Positions 12,501-27,500 of a stretch of 64,000 bases of DNA are shown here, piece after piece. Position 1 is the first letter of the stretch. The number at the start of each line of letters is the position of its first letter. This DNA comes from Phoronis australis (Eukaryota; Animalia; Phoronida). The notes beneath the pieces are model-generated. The model ran no database searches. It had not been told where the DNA came from and saw only the letters and a program-made list of their open reading frames with translations. The stretch lies in contig NMRA01000074.1 of assembly GCA_002633005.1 (NCBI GenBank), positions 1,049,417-1,113,416 of the forward strand, in the 5' to 3' direction. A program made the position numbers and the translations under genes.

Positions 12501-15500
12501 TCAGAGACTGCCCCCACCTCTCTGAAATGGTGACCTTTCTCAAGTGTCTGTTGCTAAAATGTGTCCCCGTGGGCATCCTCCTCGTAACGATCATATGCCG
12601 TGAGAATATACTACAATCAGAGCTCATAATAAAGAAACAAAACAATATTCATGCGTTCACGGATTCTCACCATTTGCCTTTGAGAATTCAAAAGACTTGA
12701 ACTTGACAGCCTCGATGTAATTGACGAGACTTGAAAACTCCGGGGTGACCTTCAACTTGCCTTTCCCGCCTTTTAGGGCAACGACCTTTTTGACCTCTTC
12801 ATCTTCCATACTCGCCGCCTCATCCTCTTCGCTCACGTAACCGTCTCCCTCTTCGTTTCCGTCACCTCCATCTGTGTCGCTACTGGCGGGCTTGAATGGT
12901 ATGTGGGATTTCTTGGCCTAAGGTGGACGAACAATAACAGTCTATCGATGATGACACTTTTCTCACATTACCTGTATTAACTCACAAAACGAATTGAAAT
13001 ACAAAACAAACGTGGCAAATTTCGTTTAAATGAGTAAAATTTGCATAATGACCTCTGCGTTTTAATTCGAAATGTTCTTGAAAATAAAATTCTAGGTTGC
13101 AGGAAATTCAAAAGAAGTAGTTCCCCATTATGGTACTTCAGTTGACTAAGAGATACCCTTGATGTTCGAAATGAGAAACCAAACTTAAAGAGCATATTGA
13201 AACTGGGGGTTTCATTAAGACTTCTTGTTCCACTTATTTACTCATTTGAGACTGCCAAATTGTTCCCACCTTGATCAGAATCTTTTGCATCAAAACTTTT
13301 GGCGATGGCAGCTGTGTGAATCTTTTGTCTAAGCCACGGTCTAATAACATAGAGCCCAGTGTGCTACGCAGGTGCTGTGCCATCCTGTTTTGTTGATCCA
13401 GAGACATGTGGTTTTCGATCGAAAGAATCAACGGATAGCTAAACGTAAAGAGAAATGACGGATAAAATATGTCTGAAGAAACATTCAAATTGTTCAGTTT
13501 CACGGCTCAGTCACGCTTGTAAGCACATAAATAAATAATAGTGTAACTAGCAATGTTCTAGCCTCTCCACATTAATATTTTTCCGCTTCCGGTTGAGTGG
13601 TCATTTATTTTGACTGTGTGACCAGTGGCCGCAATGCCTCTTACAATGCTGAAATTAATGCTTTTTCATTGTGATTGACCAATAAAATATTTTTTTTTTT
13701 AACTTTCGTGTTGTCTTTGAACGCACACATCTTGATCTCCGACATACTGTTTGCTCGCACTGACCGACTTTCAGTTCATTACGGCCGCCCTCGAGTGTCG
13801 CCCGGTGTTGTCTATGTTTTTGCCGAAAGTTTGTTCTGTTTACCTACATATACAATACCTACCTTTCTGTCTTCCTGCCCAATTATTTATCAACACAAGA
13901 TTATCTAATCTAGTTTCCAAATAATAACCGGAGTAATAAGTCACAGATCGCCACCAAAATTTCAAAGCATTCCTAGCCGCATTTAGCTGTTTAGCCTTTC
14001 ACTCTCATGAAACCGGTCTCAAATTATTATCACTTCCTGTGATTGTATTCTATTTCTGTTACCTATAAAACCAGCCAAACAGTGAATTTGAAAATGGCGC
14101 ATGCGCCCAATGTTTGTGACGTCCGCTTCATTTGGCAATAATTCAAAATCTGATGAGCGTAGCAACTTTTTACAGCCTAAAGCGCTTTGGTTAAGAACTC
14201 AACAATAACAGCTAAGCAGTGGCGAAATATGCACGTTTAATTTTCACAACTTTGAAAAAAGTAATTATACGAAAATGCACGACATGGGGGGATTGGTACA
14301 GGTCTAATGTAAGAAAAATTATATCGGGCAGGGTTAGTTGTCGTAGTCGAGGTTCGTTCTGTCTTCTGTTAGTGCCGGCAGTTCTATACGGTGGCTGTAA
14401 AAGGACGGCATTGCAATTTTTCCGTCATTTTTGTTGCTATCTCTATCGATGGACTTACTGGCTCTATCGATAGATTTACTATATCTATCAATAGGCTTAC
14501 TTACTCTATGAATAGAGTTTCTATCTCTATCGATAGACTTACTATCTCTATCGATAGACTAACTATCTCTATCGATAGACTTACTATCTCTATCGATAGA
14601 TTTACTATCTCTATCGATAGTCTAACTAAATCTATCGATAGAATAACAAACTCTATCGACAGACTTCCTATCTCTATCTGTAGACCTACACAACTCTATC
14701 GATAGACTTAGTAACTAAAATTACGACATCGAGGTTGCTACCTCGGTTTCAAATCAAAATTGATGACCGAAACAGTCGATTTATTTTAGCTACGATTGAC
14801 TCGAAATAAAATAATAAAGGTTCTCGTACATCGTTTTGCAGCGGCACTAAGCACAAGACAATTGTGGCGTGTTTTGGCGACTTATGGACTTCGGCGCCGT
14901 AAAAATAGGTCAGATTTTGATGAAGCTCGTTTTGAGGAAGAACTTGAGGGAAGCAGCGCAGTGATACAAGAACCATGGTTTTAAACAATATCGCAAACGT
15001 ATTAGCAATAACCGACTCTGAAAACTAGCTCAGGTGTACTTTGTTTACTTAGTTACTGACAAACATAGAACGAACTTTTAAATTATAGAATGGGTACAAA
15101 TCGTCAAATCTACCGATAGAGTTAATACTTTTATCGATACAGTTAGTAAGTCTATCGATAGAGTTAGTATGTCTACAGATAGACATATAAGTCTATCGAT
15201 AACTATCAACAGAGAAAAAAGTTGCCGTGCCCTCCTTTCACAGCCACAGTAGTTCTACACTTTCTGAGAGCAAGTGTCTTTAGCTTAAGTGCACGTGGTA
15301 TCGGATAGCCGGTCATCGAGTTGGCTGCCGAGTAAATTCAAGTCTAGTTCCGTTCGTCGCCACCAGAGTTACACTCTGGCTTGACGCATAGTGTTTTTGC
15401 GATAATTCGTTTATTAATCAAACAATACCGTGCTATGCGAATCGTTGTCACAACATTTGGATAAAATGTTACGTGAACTCAAGTTGACTGTTATTGTTCA

Positions 15501-18500
15501 ATCAAACAAAATTAACGTCTTCGATGCCGGGGTCACAAATTACATTAGACCACACTTTTCACGTCTTTCCAATGCTCACTATGGAATGATGTCATCCACA
15601 TAAAACAAAACATGTAGTTCAGCTTTGCCCCGTTTACTTACTCCGATGCTTTGAAGGCAAATTCTTTGATGCTATCAATGACGTCACATACTTTAATCTT
15701 TGACGTGAAAGTGTAACCGTGGTAGATGACTGGCTCCCCGTCTGGACCATCCCAGCAGTCGACTGCAAACAGAACATTGTTTTAGTGTATTCCATAGACT
15801 AGGTTTCTTGTGAGAAAAGCAATATCTCAAAAGACCCGCAAAATTACGAGGCAGAGTGAAAGGCGAGTACTTCGCAAGTATTCTTGGGAGCTTACAAGCC
15901 TATCCTACATGTATCAAAATGGCGGACACTGAAATGATTGACAGGAGTGTTGCATTGTGAGATTGAATTCACTGTTTCCGTTCCATTCATGTAAAGTCAA
16001 CATTTTTGGCCGCGAGTGTAAGTCTACGAAATGCAGATCAGCTGGGATTTCTAACAAGACGTAGACACTATTTTACTATTGCTTGTTTGCACTGTCACCG
16101 TGTCACATGCTCCTGTCTGAGAAAAAAAGTGCAAAATTGTGGGGATATGTTACTTTAAAGTGACATGGACCATGAAAAACAAACTAAATTGCAATATTCA
16201 AAGTAAACCTCTGCCACCGAAACAGAAGTCAAACTGTTTGACCAGGTATTTTAATTACAGTTTCTTCACTCGCAAACATTTTGACTTTGTGTTGATGTCG
16301 CATCATTTTCCCTTAATTTCAAAGAAACGAACCGTGCCAACTGCTCGTTACTTTGTCGATTTTGCTCCCACAAGGCCATGCGCCCACCCAGACATTTTCC
16401 TAACGTGGAAGATGTGACCTCTGACCTTTGGTGTTAATAAAACAATGGCTGTTTTAAGCAGCAGATAGTCCGACTTCTTTGAGCGCATGCGCTCATATTA
16501 GAAGTGGAGAATTTGAAAATTGTATTGGCATTAAAGACTTTTTTGTGTTTCAAAAATAGCGAATCTTGCAATATTCAAAGTGAATAACTCTTACGGCAGC
16601 ATCCGCCACGATATGTTTAAAATGTACTTGTTACGTGTTTTTGCGTTCCATGTCTATTTAAAGATGCAGTCTAGGTGTTGCTTTTGCGTGGAAATTAGAT
16701 TTCGGGGTCAGCGTCACATATTTTCAATCGTGTTAGTCCATGTTAGTCCATAATAAACATAAAACTGTTGCTGATAATCATTCTTGGGCGACACGTTTGT
16801 TGTACCACTTACGCTCTACACATCGGCATCCTTTCTTGAGGGCATTAACATACCCGCTTATGCTGCTCGGTCCCTTAAGCTGGTCAGCCATCAAATATCT
16901 AGAAACATAAACGAGTACGGTGTTGAGGCGGGTAAATGTGTTCAGTCAACCTCACGGATAAGGTTGGTCAGTGATCTCCAGTACTCAACGACACAACGTA
17001 AACTCACGTGCTCTATGAAGTTATTTGCAGAACATTTAAGGTTAATGACGCGAGTTGTCTTTTGTTCCAAATCGTATGCCGCCAGTATCATGTTGCCTAG
17101 CCGCCTTAGGAAAAGGAAGGACACCTCATAGCTAATTGATGAGTGGCTGCTCCAGTCACGTGACTACCGGTGTGAAGTAAATGGCTGTTGCAATTACGTG
17201 CCAAAGTACTTTTTAGTCTCTGATTTCAGGACAATCCCAAATGAATGCAACTAAACTGTGAAACGGTGCATTTATTGAATTATTGTACTGTATGCCGTGT
17301 TGCGTTTTCGATGTAGACGTTTGCTTATCCTAAGAGACACACCCGAACTACAGTGAGGACACGTGAATGTGATGGAATATACCCATCTATATGGTTTGTG
17401 TATTTTATATCTAAATACAACAGCAGGCAGTGGCTGTTCTGGGTGAAGCGACCCCAAAACTGTTGGTGGGAGGGAGGGTGAGTTCGCATCCGTTGCCCAC
17501 TGAGGCCTTTCTTACAAGACATCACCAACGAATTGAAGGTCACTGTACTTCACAAGCGTATCCGAATAGACTAACAACAACGAATCTGACCTGCAACAAG
17601 AACAAAAGTAGGTCTTACGTGTTATGAGACGAGCTAATGAAGTAGTTATTGAGGGGCTGCGACATATCCTGGTATACTTTGTTGACGTAGTCTGTATTTA
17701 ATATGCCCTGGCTCTTACTTGTCAAGAACAGACGGAAACCTATAAGAAGAGTCATCAATAACACTTTTTCAACTATGTGAATTTATGAGCTAGTGCAAAA
17801 CCGTGCTGCGTTCCGTAGAGCAATTATCATAATTGCAAAGGAAGCCGGAGATCACGCAGGTCTTCGGGGGATACCCACATGCATTACAAGCGAAGTATGT
17901 GAGCACACTAACGTTACTCGCAATTTTTGCGTTTACGAAATGCGGACCGGGTTCAATACTGAACACTAGACCAATTTCTCCCAACTTTTATCCTCATGAA
18001 CACCTAACACCACAAAGGAATTACATGCGGGCGGCTGCAGCACAACACCTCTTAACTTATCTACAGTTTTTCATAGGGCCATTTCTGGAAGAGTTACAGT
18101 GTCAAAGCAAAATTTCACTGCGCACTCCCTGGTTAGGATGATTGTCATGGACAAGATTGGGCCAGAAATGAGCCAGTATAGTGCAGTGATTCGTTCTAAT
18201 GTTTTAGTTCATGCCCTGATATCTTTGGCGTATCACTAAACGAGCGGACTTGGACGGAATGCATCGATTTTAGTTTCTTATTGCTGTTGCATCAGCCGCA
18301 AGTTACAAAGACGTTTCTCAATTTCCAACCTGTTGGAATGCCGAATGCTTGTTTCATTGTTCATTTAACCAACGAGAAACCAGATTCTCCATCCTTTGAC
18401 ATTTCTATTGTGGCGTGGCACTTGGCAAAGAGGGTGGTCAGCTATCTTTGTTTTGTGCCGTGAAATGCATTCCTTTTTATAAAATGTGTATTAGTCCATA

Positions 18501-21500
18501 ATATTTTTAAGCTTGTTAAGGTCTCGGCGAAGTTTTGCAAAGTCGGTGTGTTTGGTCAGAGACATGTACGAACCTTCACCTCCGAGTTTTCCTCTGTCTT
18601 TGTTGGCTTGATGCACTTCGAAATCTTTGATGACTTCCCTGGCGTTCTCCAGAGTGAAACCAGGTGCGTGCTGTTCTTTGACCATGAACGTTTTCAGTTG
18701 GTCAGCGGACATTGTCAGTTCAGAGGAGTTACCGTACCTGCAGCACATCCAATGGCATATGGAACAAATACACAAGCGCGTGAAAATAACAAAATAAGAC
18801 AAATTTGCTTCACGCGTGTGTATAGCTTTGACGCTTTGTACAGGACAACTCACTCATGGTTTGTATAGGATAAACGCATCAACTAGCACGCGCAAATTCG
18901 ATCCACACACGAGTGCCTTAAAAATGACATTCTAACCATAACTGATGCGTCATAATATTCACATTTTTGTCATTTCAAAAATGTGAATATTATTGTAAAA
19001 CAAATGTAAATATTTTACGAAAGCAAACCAAACACGCCAGCTTTTACCCGATTCTCTGCATAAACTTAGCTGTATAGATTTACGAGCACACGGAGTTCAA
19101 AATATTTAAGTGTGTTTTGTATTTAGAATATACGTCGACTATGAACTATATGTTTCCGATGTACATGTGCATGCGATGTAAGTGAGCCTCGAGGACAATT
19201 AGCTTGAAATAAATTATTGTTTCATAGTATGGCAAGCATCAAACCTTGCGATGAGCTCCTCGAGTTCTGGTCTCCTCGATAACAACTCATAAAACGCGAA
19301 GAACTCATTCTTGTCCATACACTCGCTGCCTCGCCTTGTTTTCTTTTGGTCAAGCACGTTTGCTTTCTGGATTTAGAAGAATCGTTTGATTGCACAGAAC
19401 ACCACTCGATGAACACATTTTATTTGCGTGTGTCGATTTTGGTACCGGTAGGATACTTGAAATCGCCAACACCACCGTTGCCGTCACCAACACAATCGTC
19501 ACCATTGACATCGTCTTCATTACAGACACTGAACTCCGAATGCATTCATAAATGTTATTCCTTGGTTTAGCTCAAAAAATAGTAAAGTCTGACTTTGACT
19601 ATGCATTTGTTTCCTAAAGATCAAAACACATAATTGGTTCTGGTCCGTATTTTTTGAGAATTGACGCGAGGATGAGGCTTTTGTAGTTGTCACGAACCAA
19701 AGCCGCACCACTGCCTTTGGAAACACGTTCTTAGTCAATTAAGGCCATGAAAGACGTAAGAGGTCATTTTCACTACGTTGCTTGGCCACTCAGTTTTAAA
19801 ACTACCTTAGAAACGTTTTGTGTATTACTTGAAAAAAGAGTTACGCTCTTAAAGTGACGGTGGGGGTTTTCTTTCGTGAGTCGGGTGCAAAATGAGTCGG
19901 TGACAAACCAGAATCATATTTCAAATATCTTGACATTTAAGTTTTCTTATGCGATATGTATTACTAATAGAATCTGTTACGAATATTCATTTTACGCAAC
20001 CAATTCTGTTACTTTGTTTGGCCTAACGTACGTCAAAAAGCTTCTTAGCGATGTCTTTGTTGCAGTCCACGTTCAAAACATGTAATAGTTTCCAGACTTC
20101 TTCAAATGAGATGAGTTTGTCGTTGTTTTCATCAGCCATTATGAAAGCTTTCTGTACCCACCTGTAAAAGTATCGTCAGATTCAAAGCACAATATGCACA
20201 ATGGCAGAGGATTGACTGCAGCGGTTTCAGTCCATGTGTGAGTTAGTCACAAGTTCTGTGTTCAATTAACAAATTTTTAATGCTTGGAAACGTATGATTC
20301 AATGACAGACAGTCTGGAATACATATTGGGTGAAATTTTATTGAAAGTTCTTGCAGAAAAGAAAAGATGGAATGCCGTAATTTTGTGTAGCTATTGTACC
20401 TGCCATGTCAAAGTATTCAAAATGCCGCAGTGGGCTCTTGAACTACTATGCACCACATATAAGTTCTACAATGCCTCTTCACCACAAATTACTTAAAAGT
20501 ATCATTATATTTTGGCAAAGTCATACAAAAACTCTGATAGTGTTTGGAAGAGTCATGTGATAGACTAGTCTAAGACGCATTTCTAGGTAAAAAGCTCTTC
20601 ATAAGGTTGTTGAAGCATTTTTAGTAAAAGCTGGGAGCCTGACCTTCTCGTCCACTCAAGATATGCCCAATTTGACTGGTCCAGTTCCCAAGCCTATTTT
20701 TGTCCTTTGGCCATTTAAGTAGCATAAACAAAATAGCCACCAAGTTGGCAAGTTCAAGTTCACCCTTGGGAGTCAACAATATGATATATCATGTAAAAGG
20801 ATGAACTGTTTCACCTGTACACTTCTTATAAATACATCTTGAGTAATACAACAGACATGGAAGCTAAAACAGTGCAAAAAAAACAGTAAAACTGAGATTA
20901 GGTGCAACCACTACCACAAAACTCCTTTATCGCTATAACTTTGTCCTCTTGCATGTTTGTCGACCTTGCAAACTTTAGTATAAAGTCATTTTCTTAATAC
21001 ATATTCAGTGATAGAAACCTGTTAACAAAATGTGGAAACCACATCCGTTAATCTGCAATGCTCTTTCCGGAAGGTCTCTACATTTATTCAGGACATATTG
21101 ACAAAAATTCTTAATGTTCTTGCAAAAGTGAAAAAAGGTAATATTCATGGAGGACATCGAAATCTTTCTTTAAGTTGTATTGTCTGACACGCGTACAGGT
21201 AGACTAGCCTGTATTCATACAGGGAGTCTGACCGTGAGTGTCCTGGTGGCATGCACGCAATGATTTGCATCACAATCCAGACTCACGTCATTGACAACGT
21301 TTACTGTTGCATTGTTTCCGACATGCGCAGGGTACCGTCTCGAGGCAGCTGTCTGCCTCCCGTTCAGTAACGCTGGGCCTCGCTAAAAAGCAAGACTTCG
21401 CGAGAATACACGAGATATTGCCGTGTATTTTAAATGAGAACACGTGACTTTGACTAGGTTTTAGCTAGGTCCTAGCGTAGGTCCTATCTTTACTGAACAG

Positions 21501-24500
21501 GAGGCTGGTACTACTCGGATTCTGTGTCATCAGTATAGGTCGCCATTCCTATTCCCAATTCCCCAATACTATACCAGAGGACACTGGGAGCATAGATATT
21601 GGAGAATGCGCGTATCTCCGTGTACTTAATTAACAGTGCACTCTCGTCAAATGGAAGCGGGGCATCATGTGTAGAGAGCAAGGGTTCCTGACTTCACGGT
21701 CTTGGAGAATATCATTATAACTCTAGTGTTATATCTACACAAAAGGCTAATGAGTGCACGTTTACGAAGATGTCATGGTTTCTTTTGTGAATTACCAATT
21801 CCCAGGTTCCTCAGAAATCACAGGTGCTCTTCCATGACGAATGTTTGGTGTGACTGGCGACCCAGGAATTGGTGTCGCGCCCAGGCAAGGTGTGAAATAT
21901 AAGCAGGTACGTTGGCAATTCTCTTGGTAGTTCGTTGAAGAGAAACGTTCACATTGCATTTGCTGAAAGTGCAATACCCGCAGCAGCAGCAGAAGCAGCA
22001 ACAGCAGCAGCAGAATTACATGTATAACAAAAATTTAGGTCCCAACGTTTACTAAAATGATTCCCGGATGCTTTTATTTCATAAATATATCTAGTTGTTC
22101 TTTTGCTAATGCTCAACTTACAATTCGCGCAGTGTTCTAGGGTTGGTGACGTCAGCGTTCCATCCCAGCACGAGTATGTTTAGGCATTTCACCCACTGAT
22201 CACGCTGTACCATCGACTCCGCCACAAGGTCTAACATCTTAGGTCGACCTCTTCCAAACCACAGGGCACAGCCACCTTTGGTCCGAGACATGACGGAGAA
22301 ACAGTGATCTTCCTGCCGAACACAAGTGCAGCAACAATTCGCAGACGTGCCAAGTCTCACGCATGTCGCGTGAGTCACACGCATTTGTCACTGCCTCACG
22401 CACTCACGCGAGCCTTAAGCTATCTCACGCAAAATGAATTTTTTGGTCGTAAATTTTCAAAAACCTAGTTTTCTACGCTTATATCGTGGTTATATGATCC
22501 TTAGCGGTGTTGACGATGAGTCGAGTGACATGCGGAGCACTCTGCCACCTAGTGCACATTATTATCGGTATTCTTTTTAAAATAACGATGTAATATCGTT
22601 TTCGTGAAACAAAATGTTTTTTATTAATGTAATATGACTAGTTAAGTCTTATATTTTAGGATATATAAAGTTTGATAGTTAGTGAAGATATTGTCAGGAA
22701 CCTCAAGCAAAATTTGAGCAAATTTGTGCAATCTCAAGCAAAATTTCAATTAACCTCCAGCAAAGTTGTTATAACCCCTTGGCAGGTCTGAATTCGAACA
22801 AGAAAGAAGCGCGCTACGTTTTACATTTGACACGTACCTTGTCTGTAACTAAATATTCATAGAACGGGTACAGGCAGAAACGTAGTGAAACACAATTTGG
22901 ACTTAATTTCGCAAATTAAACAAACTTTACCTTCGGGGGTTGCAATGTCCAGCTCGTAAGTAAACGATAATGCGAGTGATTTTCTGCATGAAAAGTTTTG
23001 ATTCGCGAAGTCTTCTTAATTCAAGTACTTGCTATAATTTCGATAGCATTCTCGCTGAGTGTCTCTATTGACGGGACAGTTGAAAGAAGCTGATAAGAAT
23101 ATTTAAAAGAAGAGTTTCTGCTGTGGATTTTTACTAAGTGGCATTAAAGGCAAAGGCAACCTTTTTTCATGTCATTTTTAGCAAAAATAGGGTTCGTTGA
23201 TTATCCCAGACAAATTTTTCACTTATTTACAGATTTTCGTAATTTAATTAATTACTCGTCGTCTACTCCGGAAGTGACGTTTTGGGAGGCAAGAATTTTG
23301 CGCCAATTTCTTTTCATACAGTCTGACTTTGAGAGCAGTCGAATCAGTCATTGTTCTACCTCGGTTGTGATAAGTTCGGTCGTTGTTTGCTTTTGCTTTT
23401 GTTTACAAGTCAGTCAACATGCCACGCTGTTGCTGCCTACCGAGATGTACTCATTATCGTCTCACGTACAGAGGAAGAACTGTCCCACTTGCCCGAGGGT
23501 CCCGCGGCACACTCCTAGTGGATGGTGACTTAAGCACCCAAACTGCTTACATCCCGCCGTGCGACTCCCTCGTCACACACGTGGCACCTTCTAAATAGCC
23601 CCAATACAAGTGCACAAGAAACTTATCAAACTTAGGCTCACCGATCTGTTCATTGGATGACGAACTGTCCTCTTCACTGGATGTCAAACTGGGCCTGTAT
23701 TCACTCCCACAACTCAACATCGCTGCAGGGCTGCTTACAGGTTCTGGGCTAGAGACAACAGCAAACGAGGAATCACTACTAGTTCCTGGAATCGCACGCT
23801 GTGGGGTACGTTCGGAGGCACGATAGTAGATGAAGTGCCTCCAGTCTCTGTATATAATGGCCACAGCTCGCGAGGCTTCTCGCTTCAAAAAAAACACACT
23901 TCTCGGGGGTGGCGAAACAACAGCGACGGTATGGAACCCTTCTTCAGGCGTTGTTTCACAGGGACCTTCATCAATTCAGTGTACACATCTCTGTCGTAAT
24001 CTGACGGATGAAAATGCTTGCCACTGCATTGTACGTTGCGTGAACGGGAAGCGCTGCGTTCTTTACACGAGCGAGCTAGCCAAGTACGGCGAAGTGTGTC
24101 ATCCTTCGGAAAGCGATGCAAGGTACCCAAAGCGCGTGTGAGACAATAATGAGTACATTCTGGTACGCAGCAACAGTGTGGCATGTTGACTGACTCGTAA
24201 ACGAAAGCAAACGACGACCGAACTTATCACAACCGAGGTAGAACAATGACTGACTCGACTGCTCTCGCAGTCAGACTGTATGAAAAGAAATTGGCGCGAA
24301 ATTCTTGCTTCCCAAAACGTCACTTCCGGAGTAGAGGACGAGTAATTAATTAAATTACGAAAAGCTGTAATTAAGTGAAAAATATGTCTGGGATAATCAA
24401 CAGACCTTGTTTTTGCTAAAAGTGACATGAAAAAAGGTTGCCTTCGCCTTAACGACAAGGGGTTACTGTATCTTATGACAGAAAAGTATTTAAGGTTCAG

Positions 24501-27500
24501 ACGCACTTACTTACAGGTATCTTTGTTTCATGGTCACAGGGTTCAAAGGTCAACACAATCAGACCTCAAACTGAGTACGGCCTCATCGCAAACACTATTT
24601 CGGGTTCTAGCGACATTCAAACTTCAAAGAAACCGACGTCTTATTGTCAGCCGAAAGTTCAGAAACTCAATGAAACAACGACCCTAGCGGCAAAACATGA
24701 TCATAACCAAAGCTAGTGCCATCTATAATCTGTACTTCAACTAACAGGGAACCGTACAAGGTTGACGGTTTGTAATCCAGGTATGTTCCGTAACAGCTGT
24801 TAACAAAAGCTATAACATTCCAAACTTCTTTGCTTGACAAAACTGTCAAGGACAGGGCTGCCATATGGAATTTGCTGCTGCACACAGATGTGTGTTCTTA
24901 TGCAGCATTCACGTGGTCACCGAAATCGGGGTTAACGTGTCTCTTAGTGTTTTATGACCGCGGAGCCAGTTGCAGGACCAGAGATGACAAGGTAAGCACT
25001 TACTACCCTTTGGCTGTGTAAACACCAACCAATAACAAACTACAAGCAACACGTCACCGCACACTGAAAAGCATTAGCGACTTAAAAAACCAAAACAGTT
25101 TTGCTATAGGAATAGCAGTCTACTCTTCTGTAACTGACTGGATCCAAGCTTTCTTATGGACTCGTGTCGCGTAAACGTCTTCATGAATTAGTTAGTGACG
25201 TAACAGTGCCAACATAGCCATCGGTAAGGTAGCCGTCTTAGTGTTAGTTTTAGTTTGGCCAAAAACCAAAGTTGATTCTAGTCTCTGTTTTGTTTTTTTT
25301 GAAAATGGAGTTGGAACGGTTGATGCGGGATGTACTCTTTATGTCGATCTTTACTCATCGAATGATAAATCATGGCGTTTCAGTAGATCAGAAAAAGGGA
25401 TTCTGACATTTTTCTTTAAATTTCTTTCAAAAAACATCATTTATTCTTTTGAGCTATAGACAAATTGGATTTTGAGACTCAACTTTTTCGAGTCGTTCGA
25501 AAATGACTACTCTTTTATATATTAAAACTATCGTGGAAAAATCTAAACATTTGTAAGGTAAGGAGAAAAAATATGAATCCAAGATGCAAAACACCATTCC
25601 AATCACCTACAAGATAACTGACAACAAAGACGGGAAGTACAAGGTACTTTGAACTTGAGTTACAGGTGACAAAACCGGAAGTGCGCAGAACAGAGAAAGT
25701 CATCGAGAAAGGAAAGACAAAATTGCTAGGCAAGTGGAATGGACATCTTTAATTCATTGGTTAACAATAAAAAGTTGACGACATTATTTGAAAGTTAGGA
25801 TAATTAGTTCATGATAGTCGCGTGGACTTCTTCTGTAAAATTGATTTATTTGCTCTCGGATTACGCTATGGTACGTGTACGATGATTCGGACAGCCAACG
25901 TCACTTTTGTGTGATGCATGCATCTTTAATAATTAAAATTTGGAGGAATTTAATCACCTTGGAAAATTTTCCAGGATAATCAATGCAAAAAATTGCAGTT
26001 TATTAAAAATGGTACTAATAAGGTTGCTTAAGCCTTTAAAACACATATACTGAATAGTGTAGCATTCAGATATGTGGTCCTCTTAGAAGGTAGTTTAGAG
26101 ATCTGAACCACCATCTGAAAAATTCACTTTTGAACGCTCGCATAAACTACTTTCTTATCGTTCGCCCCAAAAACAAGACGGCAGATCTGCCTTCTTACAG
26201 TGAAAACCTTCATGACTAAAAGTTGCGTTTGCAAATTACACCCCAATCACCCCGATCACCTGCAGCAGACAGAGCACTGCCATACCCTTTGAGTTTTCAA
26301 TGCAATAAACCTACAGTAATATGGTGGAAATAATGACAGGCGCAATTCTTTCGAACAAATTAAAGATGTACACGCTCAATTAACTTGGGCATGTCTTTGC
26401 GAAAAGCCTTGACTGGCTGCTTCGCTGGAGTGGGGGCCTCGCTTAGGCTAGTTTTGGTGTGGCAAGGTCGTCAATAGTCTGATATAACGTGCCCGTATTT
26501 TGAGAACCAGTTTGATACCAGTTAAGTAGTGTAGTAAGAGGTTTAGGACGCCTAGTTTTGCGGCTCCTCGGTCAAAGGTCAACAATGCAAAAGGAAAAGG
26601 TCAAAGGTCACGTGTGATAACTGCAATCGGAAGGGACATCATTCCCTACCGGACGGATGTGTCAATGACGTCACACCTCATGACGTAATAGGTTTAATTA
26701 GATCCGTTAGAGAAGCACATCGATGCTTTCGTGGCACGTTTTTGCGGCTTCTCGACGGATTGAGAGCCGAAACAAAAGAGGGATTACGCTGTTGAATAAG
26801 AGCAAAAGGTACCTTATTTCGCGTGCGCCAAGTGTCTTCGTTGTATAATATTTTCATTGATCGAAAACAAATGTCGTGAATATTCCGCTACAAAAGGGGA
26901 TAACGCCCGACTCAACAACAGATGTCGCGTAAAGTCTAACCCAGGTACCGACGATACTAAACTAATAATGTTAATAATAAGATGTGGTCACCTAAAATAG
27001 AACATAAAACTGATACTGTTTAAACGTGTATTAATGACTAAGTAAATTTTAATACACTACAAAAATCATCAAAGTTTCTGTAGTCACAAATTCAACTTTG
27101 AACCTGAGTTTAGGTTATAAACTGCGCAGAGACTGTTACTTAAAGAAGTGTTTTTAACGTTTCTTCACCCGTCACAAATTTGAACCTTTGTTGATCGGTT
27201 GCTTTGAGATTGGCGTTGTTTTCATAAACTTACATACCAACCTGCTTTCTAGTAAGCTCTACTGGAATTTGAATGTGTCTGCGACAGTAAATTTCATAGA
27301 AGCCAGTGTAAAATTAAAGCATGCACGTCCCAGGGTCATGCGAATTGGAAGAAGCTCCAAATGCCCAGCTGTAAAATAGATAAAACCCTGCAACAGCATT
27401 TGAATAGATGAAATATGCTTCTGCTAGTCACATTCATGCATTTCTTCGCTTTCTGCTGAAGCTGGTCCACAGGTTGTACTTGAAACTTGCACTTTTTTCC

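Noticed and set aside
14391-14705. 104-aa ORF with ISIDRLT repeats; also a superficially CRISPR-like array
   Set aside because: It is the translation of a 21-bp minisatellite inside a transposon. There are no unique spacers and no cas genes.
15275-15350. tRNA/SINE-like A- and B-box similarity
   Set aside because: The boxes are degenerate and I could not fold a cloverleaf.
17007-17100. possible extra cassette exon in PLC copy B (ends CAC|GTGAG)
   Set aside because: No PLC similarity, no counterpart in copy A, and it would interrupt the HNT-YL catalytic motif.
24099-24506. paired ORFs 24099-24506 (-) and 23169-23528 (+) with similar translations
   Set aside because: They are incidental readings of the two Kolobok TIRs, not the THAP frame.
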